From an uncultured Methanosarcinaceae archaeon (lineage in GTDB: Archaea > Halobacteriota > Methanosarcinia > Methanosarcinales > Methanosarcinaceae), in contig CAVTET010000003.1 in assembly GCA_963733675.1 (NCBI GenBank), positions 448,001 to 512,000 on the forward strand: a stretch of 64,000 nt of DNA. The letters run 5' to 3'. The position numbers and the translations under genes were made by a program. Of this stretch, positions 34,551-44,836 are shown piece by piece. The stretch's first letter is position 1; every line of letters starts with the position of its first letter. The notes under the pieces were generated by a model that had not been told where the DNA came from, searched no databases, and saw only the letters and a program-made list of their open reading frames with translations.

Positions 34551-35664
34551 AATTAGAAGTTAGATTAATTTTTAAACCACTGTCATATTGAGAGAGTATA
34601 TAGTATTCTTGTTCACATCTGCGAAGGTGGGTCTAGAGCAGCTTTTCTTATTTATTCGAACCGAAATTATTTCTATCCTCAACTGAAGTGAGATGAAGAA
34701 ATACATTTATTTTGGGAAAAATATTTGTATCTATGGTTAAAGGAATCAAAACTATGTGATAGATTATCAGCCTATAGTTATGAATAAAGTTGTTTAATTA
34801 CAACTCTTTTTATATCCTTTAAGGGATGAATGACACAACTTCGGACCAAGGTACTAAATACAAACTCACCTTAAAAAGAAGCGATACTTTAGAGGGTATA
34901 ACGAAAAAAGACAGATTTGAGGATTCATTCCCTCCCTAAAGGACTGTGCATTCGTAATCATCCGTAATTCAGAAGTAAGAGAGAAAGGCAGATAAAACAG
35001 ATCCTTGAGGAGAGTAAGATACGTAGTGAATAATATATAATAAATAATCTCCCACAAAAGATTATTTAGAATATTGTTATTGATACCAAGTATCACTAAA
35101 GAACAAAAATGGAAAAGAGATTTGAATTTTGGTTTTGTAGTTTTTGGAGTCAAATGATTTCCAAAGGATGTCAGAGTGGTTTACAGAAGAAGATTGCTAT
35201 TGAATCATTATACAGGATAGGAAATATATTTAAACCAAGAACTTTATCTAAAAATACTAATATCATATATTTTATGCTATGATATCTCTCCTATTCAAAA
35301 ACATATGGTTATATTTCAAAAAAAAATATTTTACGTTTATCGAACGAGGACCTAATTCATAGATGAAAAAAAGTTCAGATTTGATGTATTTGTACTTTTC
35401 ATCGAGGAATGGCTGAGACGACATTCAAAGGTTGGATAGTAGAGTGTATAAGGTAAATGGATGGAGTAAAAGTATGGAATAAATTTTAGTGAAGTACTGA
35501 AGATTCTCTCCAGAAATGTATTTTCCTATAGGAATATAGTTTGACTTAACAAAGTATTCTGGTATTTTTACCATGTACAATAAATAAAAGTGAATATATA
35601 ATTCACTATAGACTTTAGAGGGCAATGTGAATAAGTCAAATCCTGCTTTGCAGAATTCAAATTT

Positions 35665-35807
35665 CGTAACTAGTCAGCTTTCACAAAAGTGGTTTGAGAT
35701 ATATGTTTTGATGCAATATGATACTTCTGGATTACTAACTCATGAGATAATAAAATAAATGATCAATAGCTGACAGTTAAAGAAAATTAGTCAACCTAAA
35801 TTTGCTT
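35665..35807 (-). repeat. Inverted copy of the 31697-31850 repeat
   Basis: Reverse complement aligns with 31697-31850. Confidence 0.75.
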
Positions 35808-36071
35808 AGTAAATCTTAGTAAAGAGGATATTGGAATTTTTACTCAGATTGAATAGTTATATAATTTTATTCAAAACTTTTATATCTTCGAACAAATGAT
35901 ATAGAAGTATTGAAGATCCAGAAATACATTCTTTCAAGCAATCTATTCTCATCATCATCTTTAATTCATCGCAGCAGAAAGATTGATAATGGTCAAAACT
36001 GAAATTACTTATTCTCAGGAAAAGGATCTTACTACAACTTTCATATCTCATTTCAGGAGTTAATATATTTT

Positions 36072-37505
36072 ATGGACGAATTTGTATCCGAATCCACAGA
36101 AAGCGTTGTTTCTGTCGAGAAGTCTAAACTTTCTGATAATTCAATTGGAATGCCTGAAGAAACTGAGGTTTCTGTTCCAGTACTCACAGTAAAACCAGAA
36201 AAGATTGAAGAGAGGCTTGATGATAGCTCTGAAATTCTTTCAGAACATCTTCCTGAGTCAGCTTCGGAAATTTCAATTTCTTCAAGTACAAAATCTCTAG
36301 ATGGCCACCAATGTGAGTCTCATGTTTCAAAAATCGTGCTCATAGGTACAGCCCACGTTTCAGAGAGGAGCATTGCCGATGTTAAGACTGTTATTAGGAA
36401 TCTGAAACCAGATATTGTAGCTGTTGAGCTATGCAGAGGACGTTATGATTCTCTAGAGGGAAATGAGCAAGAAGACCAGCTTTTGATTAAGGAACTTCTT
36501 TCTGGCGGGAAGATCTATTACTATTTTATTCACTGGTTACTTGCCCAATTGCAGAAAAAAATAGGGGAGGATATGAAAGTAAAACCCGGTGCTGAGATGC
36601 TTTTAGCGATGGAGGAAGCAGAGTCTATCTCGGCTAAGGTTGCTTTGATTGACCGAGAAATTCAAGTGACTCTTCAGCGTTTTTGGGGAAAGATGAAGTT
36701 CTTGGAAAAAATAAGAATGATCGGCTCACTTCTAGGTGGCCTTATAGAGATTGGAAAAGGTACCGATATCGATATAGATCATATTACAGAACCGGATTTT
36801 GTAGCTGAACTTGTTAGTGAGCTCAGAGGCTTTGCCCCTACTGCAGCCAGTGTTCTAATTGATGAAAGAGATGCATATCTTGCAGGAAATATCATTAAAG
36901 CTGCTGATGGCGGAAACAAAACTGTCGTTGTGGTAATAGGAGCAGGGCACAAAGTCGGGGTGATGAACTATCTGAAAAATCCAAAAGATATTCCTCCCCT
37001 GGATACTCTCGTGGAAATTCCGAAGAAAAGCTTTGGCATTAGTAAAATAATTGGCTTTATTTTTGTTGGCCTTATAGTTGCATTTTTTTTATTAATGCTT
37101 CTTTCTGGCATCTCACTTAAACTTTTTTTGATAGCTTTTGTATGTTGGTTCATCGTCACCGGAATCCTGAGCGCCTTGGGTACTTTGCTTGCCGGAGGCC
37201 ATCGTAACTCTGTTCTGACTTCCTTTTTGGTTGCATGGATAACAACTCCACATGCAGGTTGGTTTGCTGGCCTGGTGGAAGCAAAATACCAAAATCCTAA
37301 AGCATCGGATATAAAAGCTCTGTTAGCAGTAGAATCTGTCAGTGAAATATTCAAAAATAGGATAATGAGGATCCTTCTTGTCGCTAGCTTCGCGAATATG
37401 GGAAGCATAGCTGGCGCTTTGCTTGGAGGTTATGTCATAATGCAGATTACAGGGATTGATCCCAGGGATATTCTCTCTGCTGGTTTAAAGACTCTTGGAT
37501 TCTGA
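36072..37505 (+). CDS. TraB/GumN (pheromone shutdown) family protein
   Basis: LIGTAHVS, VAVELC..R, KPGAEM, LIDERD, IGAGH; C-terminal membrane segments. Confidence 0.9.
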   Translation: MDEFVSESTESVVSVEKSKLSDNSIGMPEETEVSVPVLTVKPEKIEERLDDSSEILSEHLPESASEISISSSTKSLDGHQCESHVSKIVLIGTAHVSERSIADVKTVIRNLKPDIVAVELCRGRYDSLEGNEQEDQLLIKELLSGGKIYYYFIHWLLAQLQKKIGEDMKVKPGAEMLLAMEEAESISAKVALIDREIQVTLQRFWGKMKFLEKIRMIGSLLGGLIEIGKGTDIDIDHITEPDFVAELVSELRGFAPTAASVLIDERDAYLAGNIIKAADGGNKTVVVVIGAGHKVGVMNYLKNPKDIPPLDTLVEIPKKSFGISKIIGFIFVGLIVAFFLLMLLSGISLKLFLIAFVCWFIVTGILSALGTLLAGGHRNSVLTSFLVAWITTPHAGWFAGLVEAKYQNPKASDIKALLAVESVSEIFKNRIMRILLVASFANMGSIAGALLGGYVIMQITGIDPRDILSAGLKTLGF

Positions 37506-37636
37506 TAGCTCTAGAAATTTCTCTAGCCAAACAATATTTCATGAAGTCTCAGAAGAAATCCATGGAAGACAATTTTCCATTGTATTTCAGATCTTTATGT
37601 TCCTATATCAATTTGCTGTACAAATAAATTATTTTG

Positions 37637-38491
37637 GGTTCCGTTGCAAAAAATCCAAAAAAATATGTAAATCTATAAGTGATTAATAAAAATCAAAATA
37701 TCCAAGAAAAATGTACTAACATTATAAAACTATACCAAATAATTGATTAATGTATTTGACTTCATCAAAACCAAAGTAATTTAAATCATTTACTTGTTCT
37801 TTTTTGATCATATTTATAGCTTCAATTCCTTTTAAAGTCTTATTAGCAAATCGAAAAGACTGAAATCCTAACATTGGATTAACGATTCTCTTTATAGATC
37901 TGTGATCTTGTTCTATAATGTTATTCAAATACTTGATTTGTCGAATGCCTACGTTTTTAGGTAGTATTTTATCAATTTTTAGTTTATCTATAGCAGGTGG
38001 ATAAGCTGGATTCTTATCAACTGTTATTAATCTTGGAATTTGATTATGATTAGAACTTAAAGCTTTCTTAAAGAATCTCTTCGCTGCCTTTCTATCTCGT
38101 TTTGAACTTAACATGAAATCAATTGTATCTCCATTTGAATCAACTGCTCGGTAAAAATATTTCCATTTACCTTTTACTTTGATATAGGTTTCATCAACTC
38201 TCCATGAATCATTTGTTGGTCTTAAATGTCTTCTTATCTTCTTTTCTATTTCAGGGGAATATTGATGCACCCATCTCATTATAGTACTGTGATCAACTTG
38301 AATTCCTCTTTCTATCATCATTCCCTTTAAATTTGTATAGTTCGATGGATATTTTAAGTGCCATCTCACATTCAATAGAATAATTTCTCCTTCATAATGC
38401 TTCCATTTAAAGGAATTAGATAGCATATTACCATCTTTGGTTTTCTTTTTATTCTATTGTATCATTAGAAAGGATTTTTTGCAACGGAACC
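37637..38491 (-). mobile_element. IS6-family element, copy 1 (855 bp)
   Basis: TIRs GGTTCCGTTGCAAAAA at both ends; single transposase ORF; no flanking direct repeat. Confidence 0.95.
37722..38426 (-). CDS. IS6-family DDE transposase
   Basis: WRVDETYIKVKG, TVDKNPAY, YLNNIIEQDHR. Confidence 0.95.
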   Translation of the reverse strand: MLSNSFKWKHYEGEIILLNVRWHLKYPSNYTNLKGMMIERGIQVDHSTIMRWVHQYSPEIEKKIRRHLRPTNDSWRVDETYIKVKGKWKYFYRAVDSNGDTIDFMLSSKRDRKAAKRFFKKALSSNHNQIPRLITVDKNPAYPPAIDKLKIDKILPKNVGIRQIKYLNNIIEQDHRSIKRIVNPMLGFQSFRFANKTLKGIEAINMIKKEQVNDLNYFGFDEVKYINQLFGIVL

Positions 38492-39244
38492 ATACTTCTT
38501 ACTCGGAATACATACAAACGACAATTATGAACTAATATACCGAAGTTTTGAAAGAATTTCGATGAAAGAAATCATACTTTTGAGTGGTTTGATTTTAGGT
38601 CTTCCGTTTTTTTCTATGTTTATTGTGTAGATCAAAGATTCAGCACACAATTCTCAAATTCAATTCCGCATTATCATCAACTGACTTGGATAAGCACCTA
38701 TATACTACATATATGCATATTTACTCTTTGTTTGTATCAGTTATTAGTATATAAGCCCAGTATCGGAATATTGCAAAAGATAGAAGAATATTCTGACGAA
38801 ATATTTTTAGTTCATGCATTTTTTCATAATTCCTTTACTGTATCCATATTTCCCAGACTTTCTATTTTTCCGACAAGCTTAAATTTTTACATCATCTTAT
38901 TTACAGTAATGCTAAGAATGAGTTATTTTACAGTGAAACTAATGCTAAGAAACCGCTTTACAACTTATATGTTCACAGGAAAATTAAAACCGGATCAGCA
39001 CTCAACTCAGCGCTTTTAAGAAGAATCGTTTTTCGTTTTTAGAAAACGTTAATAAGTCTTATTTTTACTAGACATTCAATCCTAAGCCGCCTGAACAGAT
39101 TAAAACAGCTAATAATTGATATAGCAGAACACTTGATTATTTTATATTTTCATTACAAGAGTTTCTACCAAGGCCTTTTCATAAATGTAATAATAAGAGA
39201 TTATTTTTTGTTAACGTTAAACCGACAAGAGTTAAAAAAACTTA

Positions 39245-39263
39245 ATATATATATATATATATA
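39245..39263 (+). repeat. (AT)9 microsatellite at the TATA-box position of the acyltransferase gene
   Basis: A-run then ATATATATATATATATATA ending about 20 bp before ATG 39283. Confidence 0.8.
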
Positions 39264-39282
39264 AATACAGTTAGGTGGTTTT

Positions 39283-40170
39283 ATGAGCAAGAATCGAATT
39301 ATGATGTTCGATGTGCTGCGGATTGTAGCAATAATGATGGTCGTCTTAGGCCATGTAGGTTGGTTTTATGATGTAGCGCAACAGTCCTTTGGAATACCCG
39401 AAATGTACTCTATAGGTTTATATGAAGATATTGGGGGGTGGGGAGTATTCATATTTATTCTGATAAGTGGAGCTACTTTAGAATATACATATGGAACTAA
39501 AATCCATAGCCCAGTAAATAATTTTGATGCGAAAGGCTTTATGAAAAAAAGGCTTATCAGGATTTATCCGGTGTATCTATTTACTGTTTTACTTGCAGTG
39601 GTATTCGGTGATGGAATACTTTCAAATTTAAAATGGTTCGAGCTCGTAATGACAATCACCGGATTTTATCCTGCCTTCACACTAGCTGGTGTTCCCACAA
39701 CTACATGGAGTGGCACTATTGATCCCATTGGGTGGTTCATAGGAACCATCGTATGTCTTTACTTTATGTATCCCTGTTTATCAAAATTTTTGAAAGAGAA
39801 TAGTATATCAGGTCTCTTCATAATATTTTTAGTTGCCATGTTCGTTAGAATAACCATACCTCAAGGATTCGGAGGGAGAAGTTGGTATTGGTTCCCATTG
39901 TCCAGAATGTTAGAATTTTCGTTAGGGATATATATTGTCCAGGATGGATATTATATAAAAACCATAAACGATTCAATCCTGATAAAGTTTTTTAGCGACT
40001 TATGTTTTCCAATATTTCTTGTGCATTTTTTTCTGCAGGAAATCTTGTGGAAAATCCCAAACACGTATAATCTGAATACAATTACATATGTATTCGTTAC
40101 TATGATCATTGCATATATCGTTTATCTCATGGATCCACATATCAAATCGATAATTGAAAAATACATTTAA
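39283..40170 (+). CDS. Acyltransferase-3 (OafA-like) integral membrane O-acyltransferase
   Basis: FDVLRIVAIMMVVLGH, FILISG, KRLIRIYP, FPIFLVH; highly hydrophobic; AGGTGG RBS. Confidence 0.88.
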   Translation: MSKNRIMMFDVLRIVAIMMVVLGHVGWFYDVAQQSFGIPEMYSIGLYEDIGGWGVFIFILISGATLEYTYGTKIHSPVNNFDAKGFMKKRLIRIYPVYLFTVLLAVVFGDGILSNLKWFELVMTITGFYPAFTLAGVPTTTWSGTIDPIGWFIGTIVCLYFMYPCLSKFLKENSISGLFIIFLVAMFVRITIPQGFGGRSWYWFPLSRMLEFSLGIYIVQDGYYIKTINDSILIKFFSDLCFPIFLVHFFLQEILWKIPNTYNLNTITYVFVTMIIAYIVYLMDPHIKSIIEKYI

Positions 40171-40214
40171 AAGGTTACTTTAAAGCAACAAGCTGGATCA
40201 AAGATGGGAATCAG

Positions 40215-41068
40215 GGTTCCGTTGTAAAAATCCTTTCTAATGATACAATAGGATAAAAAGAAAACCAAAGATGGTAATATGCTATCTAATTCCTTTAAAT
40301 GGAAGCATTATGAAGGAGAAATTATTCTATTGAATGTGAGATGGCACTTAAAATATCCATCGAACTATACAAATTTAAAGGGAATGATGATAGAAAGAGG
40401 AATTCAAGTTGATCACAGTACTATAATGAGATGGGTGCATCAATATTCCCCTGAAATAGAAAAGAAGATAAGAAGACATTTAAGACCAACAAATGATTCA
40501 TGGAGAGTTGATGAAACCTATATCAAAGTAAAAGGTAAATGGAAATATTTTTACCGAGCAGTTGATTCAAATGGAGATACAATTGATTTCATGTTAAGTT
40601 CAAAACGAGATAGAAAGGCAGCGAAGAGATTCTTTAAGAAAGCTTTAAGTTCTAATCATAATCAAATTCCAAGATTAATAACAGTTGATAAGAATCCAGC
40701 TTATCCACCTGCTATAGATAAACTAAAAATTGATAAAATACTACCTAAAAACGTAGGCATTCGACAAATCAAGTATTTGAATAACATTATAGAACAAGAT
40801 CACAGATCTATAAAGAGAATCGTTAATCCAATGTTAGGATTTCAGTCTTTTCGATTTGCTAATAAGACTTTAAAAGGAATTGAAGCTATAAATATGATCA
40901 AAAAAGAACAAGTAAATGATTTAAATTACTTTGGTTTTGATGAAGTCAAATACATTAATCAATTATTTGGTATAGTTTTATAATGTTAGTACATTTTTCT
41001 TGGATATTTTGATTTTTATTAATCACTTATAGATTTACATATTTTTTTGGATTTTTTGCAACGGAACC
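40215..41068 (+). mobile_element. IS6-family element, copy 2 (854 bp)
   Basis: Left TIR GGTTCCGTTGTAAAAA (one mismatch), right TIR TTGCAACGGAACC. Confidence 0.95.
40279..40983 (+). CDS. IS6-family transposase (protein identical to copy 1)
   Basis: Same 234-aa sequence as 37722-38426. Confidence 0.95.
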   Translation: MLSNSFKWKHYEGEIILLNVRWHLKYPSNYTNLKGMMIERGIQVDHSTIMRWVHQYSPEIEKKIRRHLRPTNDSWRVDETYIKVKGKWKYFYRAVDSNGDTIDFMLSSKRDRKAAKRFFKKALSSNHNQIPRLITVDKNPAYPPAIDKLKIDKILPKNVGIRQIKYLNNIIEQDHRSIKRIVNPMLGFQSFRFANKTLKGIEAINMIKKEQVNDLNYFGFDEVKYINQLFGIVL

Positions 41069-41171
41069 GCATATGTTGTATAAAAGAAAAAAATACAATA
41101 AATCCGAAAAACATAAAATAAGTGTTATTGTCAAAAATTAAAAAGAGAACACTTTTTTGTTTTTTGGAAAC

Positions 41172-41262
41172 TTGTTAATATCTTCTGAAATCGCCAAAAT
41201 TTACTATTAATTCAGCTGGCAATTGACGACAATTATTCAAAAACTCAGAAAATATTAAAAAT
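41172..41262 (+). repeat. ~90-bp repeat with an inverted copy at 54996-55090
   Basis: TTAATATCTTCTGARATCRCCAAAATTT...CAATTGACGACA....CAAAA(A)CTCAG. Confidence 0.7.
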
Positions 41263-41711
41263 CTTTACTTTTGCATTATTACTATCATCAGCTTAAAAAG
41301 AAGGGCATGATGACCCTCGAAGATGCAGAAGTTTCTATTTACAAGCCAAATGGCAAAATTAAGGTGAAGTCAGCGGTACATCTTGTAGGTATAGGCATAG
41401 ATTAGCGGTGCATTTTTGGACAATGTTACTAGGAATGTTTTTCTGGATGTGTAAGCTTTGAATAATAATGAGTGCCATAAATCATGAGATTCTGCTCCTT
41501 TTTTTGTTAGCCTCAAAATGAATAGGAGACGAAGCACTAGAGAGACTAAACAAGTTCAAAACGACGAGAATACACACAAATACCCACATTTCTTTCATAT
41601 GATGACCTAAAGCTTAAAGCCAGTTTTGGTGCAGGTGAATAACTAAGATGTTGTAACCAAATTATATGATACATTGTTTATGGAGTTGAGAACATAACTA
41701 ATCCAAATTTT

Positions 41712-42056
41712 ATGTCAGTAAGCACGCTCAAAGGACACGATGTTGTTAATCCAGCTAAAGAGGGTCTAGGAAAGATCGAAGACCTAATGATTGATTTGGA
41801 AAATGATAGAATATCGTATGCAGTACTTTCTTTTGGTGGGTTCCTTGGTATGGGTAATAAATGGTTTGCTATTCCGTAGAGAGCTCTTGAATTGAAGCTC
41901 TATGAGCACACATTAATAATCACCCTTAATGCCGATCAGGAGGTCCTTAAAAAAGCAGAAGGCTTTGATAAGGATAATTTACCTCTAACTCATGAGGAGC
42001 TATTTACAGTATATAATCACTATGGCTATGAGCCTTACTGGCAAACAAATAGGTAG
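41712..42056 (+). pseudogene. PRC-barrel domain protein with a single in-frame TAG (41877-41879)
   Basis: MSVSTLKGHDVVNP..LGKIEDLMID...YAVLSFGGFLGMGNKWFAIP*RAL...EGFDKDN...VYNHYGYEPYWQ; no frameshift. Confidence 0.85.
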
Positions 42057-42407
42057 GAACAAACAGGATTTTCAATATAGATATATCATAAAAGATCAAT
42101 GTTTGATACTCATTTCCAACATGTCCAAGGAAGAAGAGGACAAGCTGCGCGCTCCCTTTGCCGAAGAACACTCAACCGGAAAAAAATTAGGTTTTACCAG
42201 GGAATAAACTATCTTGAAACTACTTTTATTTTTTCCAGAATTGATAATCAGGTAATGAATTATTTTCCAAAGGTATGACTAACGTTTGGAAAACTTTTTT
42301 TCTATGCTCTTCTGAGAACCTATGACGTTTTTCAAAAATCTCAGTGTTTCGAAATCGATCGTGATTGTCAAATTCAATTTTCATATCCATTGTCTGCTGC
42401 TGCATTA

Positions 42408-42502
42408 TAAATAATTTCGATAAACATCCGATTTCAACAAATTGTTTATATACGTTTTATATGTGACCAGTCAAAAATTGGAATTTATTGAAATATTCTC
42501 TA
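42408..42502. repeat. ~95-bp inverted-terminus element
   Basis: AATTTCGATAAACATCCGATTTCAACAAATTG...CAAAAATTGGAATTTATTGAAATATTCTCTA. Confidence 0.75.
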
Positions 42503-43175
42503 TTAATTTGAAGTTTTTTATTTTCTGGATTTTTGATTGCTTTAAATATTGTGTATTAAAGTCGTGATAGTTTTAGGGATGTACTTCGTATTGAATCAAA
42601 AAAAATATTAGAAATAATTACACATTACTTATTTAATATTAAAATGTTGTTTGCTATGATAATTTGATATGTGGAGCTAATTTTTGTTCATGTACATTTT
42701 TTCGCATAAAAAATTAGAAATAAAGTATATGGATATTATATTTTAAAACTTATATCTAATTTTTGTAGCTAATATCGAATTAAGCAAGAGCAAGCAGATC
42801 AAAAAAGAGTTGTTCGGAAGATGTTGTTCTGGAAATATTGTCGCTCAGGTTATATACCTTTGGAGTTTGGATCAGGAACATGAACCTTCGGGCTTTCTTC
42901 AAATCATTTATTCATTTGTATTCGAACAAGGAATACTGTTAACGTTAAAGCGACTACTGAAATAAATAATTACTGAGATGATCCGTCCATCCTGAGATAG
43001 GTTTAGCGGAGATAGGTTTACAAAAAGCGTATTAGAAGTAATACATTATTTATAATTTTTCATAAAAAGTAATAAATTTTATATAGATTATATCCTACTT
43101 GAATACTATAAACAGATAACGTGTCATTTGCTCACTGAGGAATGAAATTAAATTATGCAAGTGTGGAGGGATCAA

Positions 43176-44525
43176 TTGAATAAGCAAATGAAAGTATTAT
43201 TTATAGGAACTTATATTCCAAAAGAATGTGGGATTGCTACATTTACATCTGATATTTTAAATTCGGTTTCTGGGGCAAACAACAACATCCATTGTGACGT
43301 TATTGCTGTGAGCGATCCTTCTGAAAATTGTAATTATCCAGACGAAGTTGTTTTTCAAATTGAAAGAAACAAGCTCGAAGATTACTATCGAGCTGCAGAT
43401 TTTATAAATAGTTCCGATGCAGACGTTATCTGTCTCCAACACGAATTCGGTCTTTTTGGAGGGGACGCAGGAGATTACATTTTTTATCTTCTATCAGAAA
43501 TAAGCAAGCCTGTAATAACAACAATGCATGCTGTGATTTTGGAGCCTGAACTTGAGTATAGAGTATCCACTGAAAAGCTAGTGATGCATTCCGACAAACT
43601 TGTTGTAATGAGCCAGACTGCAGTCAACATACTAAAAGATGGTTATGGAGTTTCTGAAGACAAAATCGAAGTTATCTTCCATGGAATGCCGGACTATCCA
43701 TTTAGCAATTGTGATAAGTATAAAAAGATACTGAATCTCAAAGGGTCTCCACTTATCCTTACTTTTGGCTTGCTGAGCCAAAACAAAGGTATCGAAATTA
43801 TGCTCAAAGCCCTTCCTGATGTTGTAAATCAATATCCTGATCTTGTTTACCTTATACTGGGCGCCACGCATCCTAAGATAAAAAAGAAATATGGAGAAAC
43901 ATACCGGAAATATCTTAAGAGCATTGTTTCTGGACTTGAGATCGAGAATAATGTAGTATTCCATGACAAATTTGTTGAAAAAGAAGAACTCTGCAATTAT
44001 ATCCTTGCCAGTGACATTTATGCATGTCCCTATCCTTCCAAAGAACAGGTCGTCAGCGGTACTCTGACCTATGCCATAGGCATGGGAAAAGCAATCGTTT
44101 CCACTCCTTACTGGTATGCTGAGGAAATGCTTTCCGATGATCGTGGATTACTCGTAGATTTCGGAAATGTTGACGGTTTTAAAAAATCTCTCTTATACTT
44201 AATTGAAAATCCAGAAAAATGTAATATTATGCGTGAAAATGCATACTATTTTGGCAGAAAAATGACATGGAAAAACGTTAGTGAGGAATATATTACTGTC
44301 TTCAATAAGGCTTTAAATAACTACACCACTTATCCCAAAATACAAAATATATTTAATTTCCTTCCAAATAAACTGCCTGAAGTAAAAGTTGGCCACCTTA
44401 AGCAATTGACTTATGAGGTAAGCATTGTACAGCATGCCTGTCTTGATTTAGTACCGGCTCTCCACCATAGATACAACCTTGATAATGGGGACATAAGGCT
44501 TTCCAGTGATCCCAAAAAAGGGTGA
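43176..44525 (+). CDS. Glycosyltransferase family 4 (probably C-terminally truncated)
   Basis: YIPKECGIATF, QHEFGLFGG, FGLLSQNKGIE, SGTLTYAIGMGKAIVSTPYWYAEE; TTG after GGAGG or ATG 43188 as start. Confidence 0.88.
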   Translation: MNKQMKVLFIGTYIPKECGIATFTSDILNSVSGANNNIHCDVIAVSDPSENCNYPDEVVFQIERNKLEDYYRAADFINSSDADVICLQHEFGLFGGDAGDYIFYLLSEISKPVITTMHAVILEPELEYRVSTEKLVMHSDKLVVMSQTAVNILKDGYGVSEDKIEVIFHGMPDYPFSNCDKYKKILNLKGSPLILTFGLLSQNKGIEIMLKALPDVVNQYPDLVYLILGATHPKIKKKYGETYRKYLKSIVSGLEIENNVVFHDKFVEKEELCNYILASDIYACPYPSKEQVVSGTLTYAIGMGKAIVSTPYWYAEEMLSDDRGLLVDFGNVDGFKKSLLYLIENPEKCNIMRENAYYFGRKMTWKNVSEEYITVFNKALNNYTTYPKIQNIFNFLPNKLPEVKVGHLKQLTYEVSIVQHACLDLVPALHHRYNLDNGDIRLSSDPKKG

Positions 44526-44728
44526 TTTTAAATTAAAATAAATATCAAAAATATGGGGATTTGAGCGATTGGACTGAGAAATCAATAAGCTTAAAAACCT
44601 CAAACTATCTATAAAATAAATTTGAGCACAGCATCTATTGTGCTTTATTTGATATTTCAAGTACATAATTGCGAAATATCATTGATTAATATAATTTATT
44701 GGTTAAATTACAATAGGGAGAGTAAAAT

Positions 44729-44836
44729 ATGGCGGATTTGATAGGACTTGCGGTGATACTTTTAGTATTAGCATTGATTGCATATATACTGGGTGCACGT
44801 GGAATTGCTGGTTTTCCCCCTCTCTTGGTAACATGA
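44729..44836 (+). pseudogene. DUF1328/UPF0391-like small membrane protein, truncated after ...GARGIAGF
   Basis: MADLIGLAVILLVLALIAYILGARGIAGFPPLLVT*; GGGAG RBS; second helix missing. Confidence 0.65.

Noticed and set aside
34866-36051. AT-rich ORFs 34866-35153, 35425-35625 and 35857-36051 (also 2711-2947, 38732-39019, 59857-60117, 63617-63817)
   Set aside because: Low-complexity composition, no RBS or recognisable motif; probably chance ORFs or unidentifiable relics.
42994-43020. GAGATAGGTTTA direct repeat upstream of the glycosyltransferase
   Set aside because: Two copies only; cannot be distinguished from a slippage duplication.
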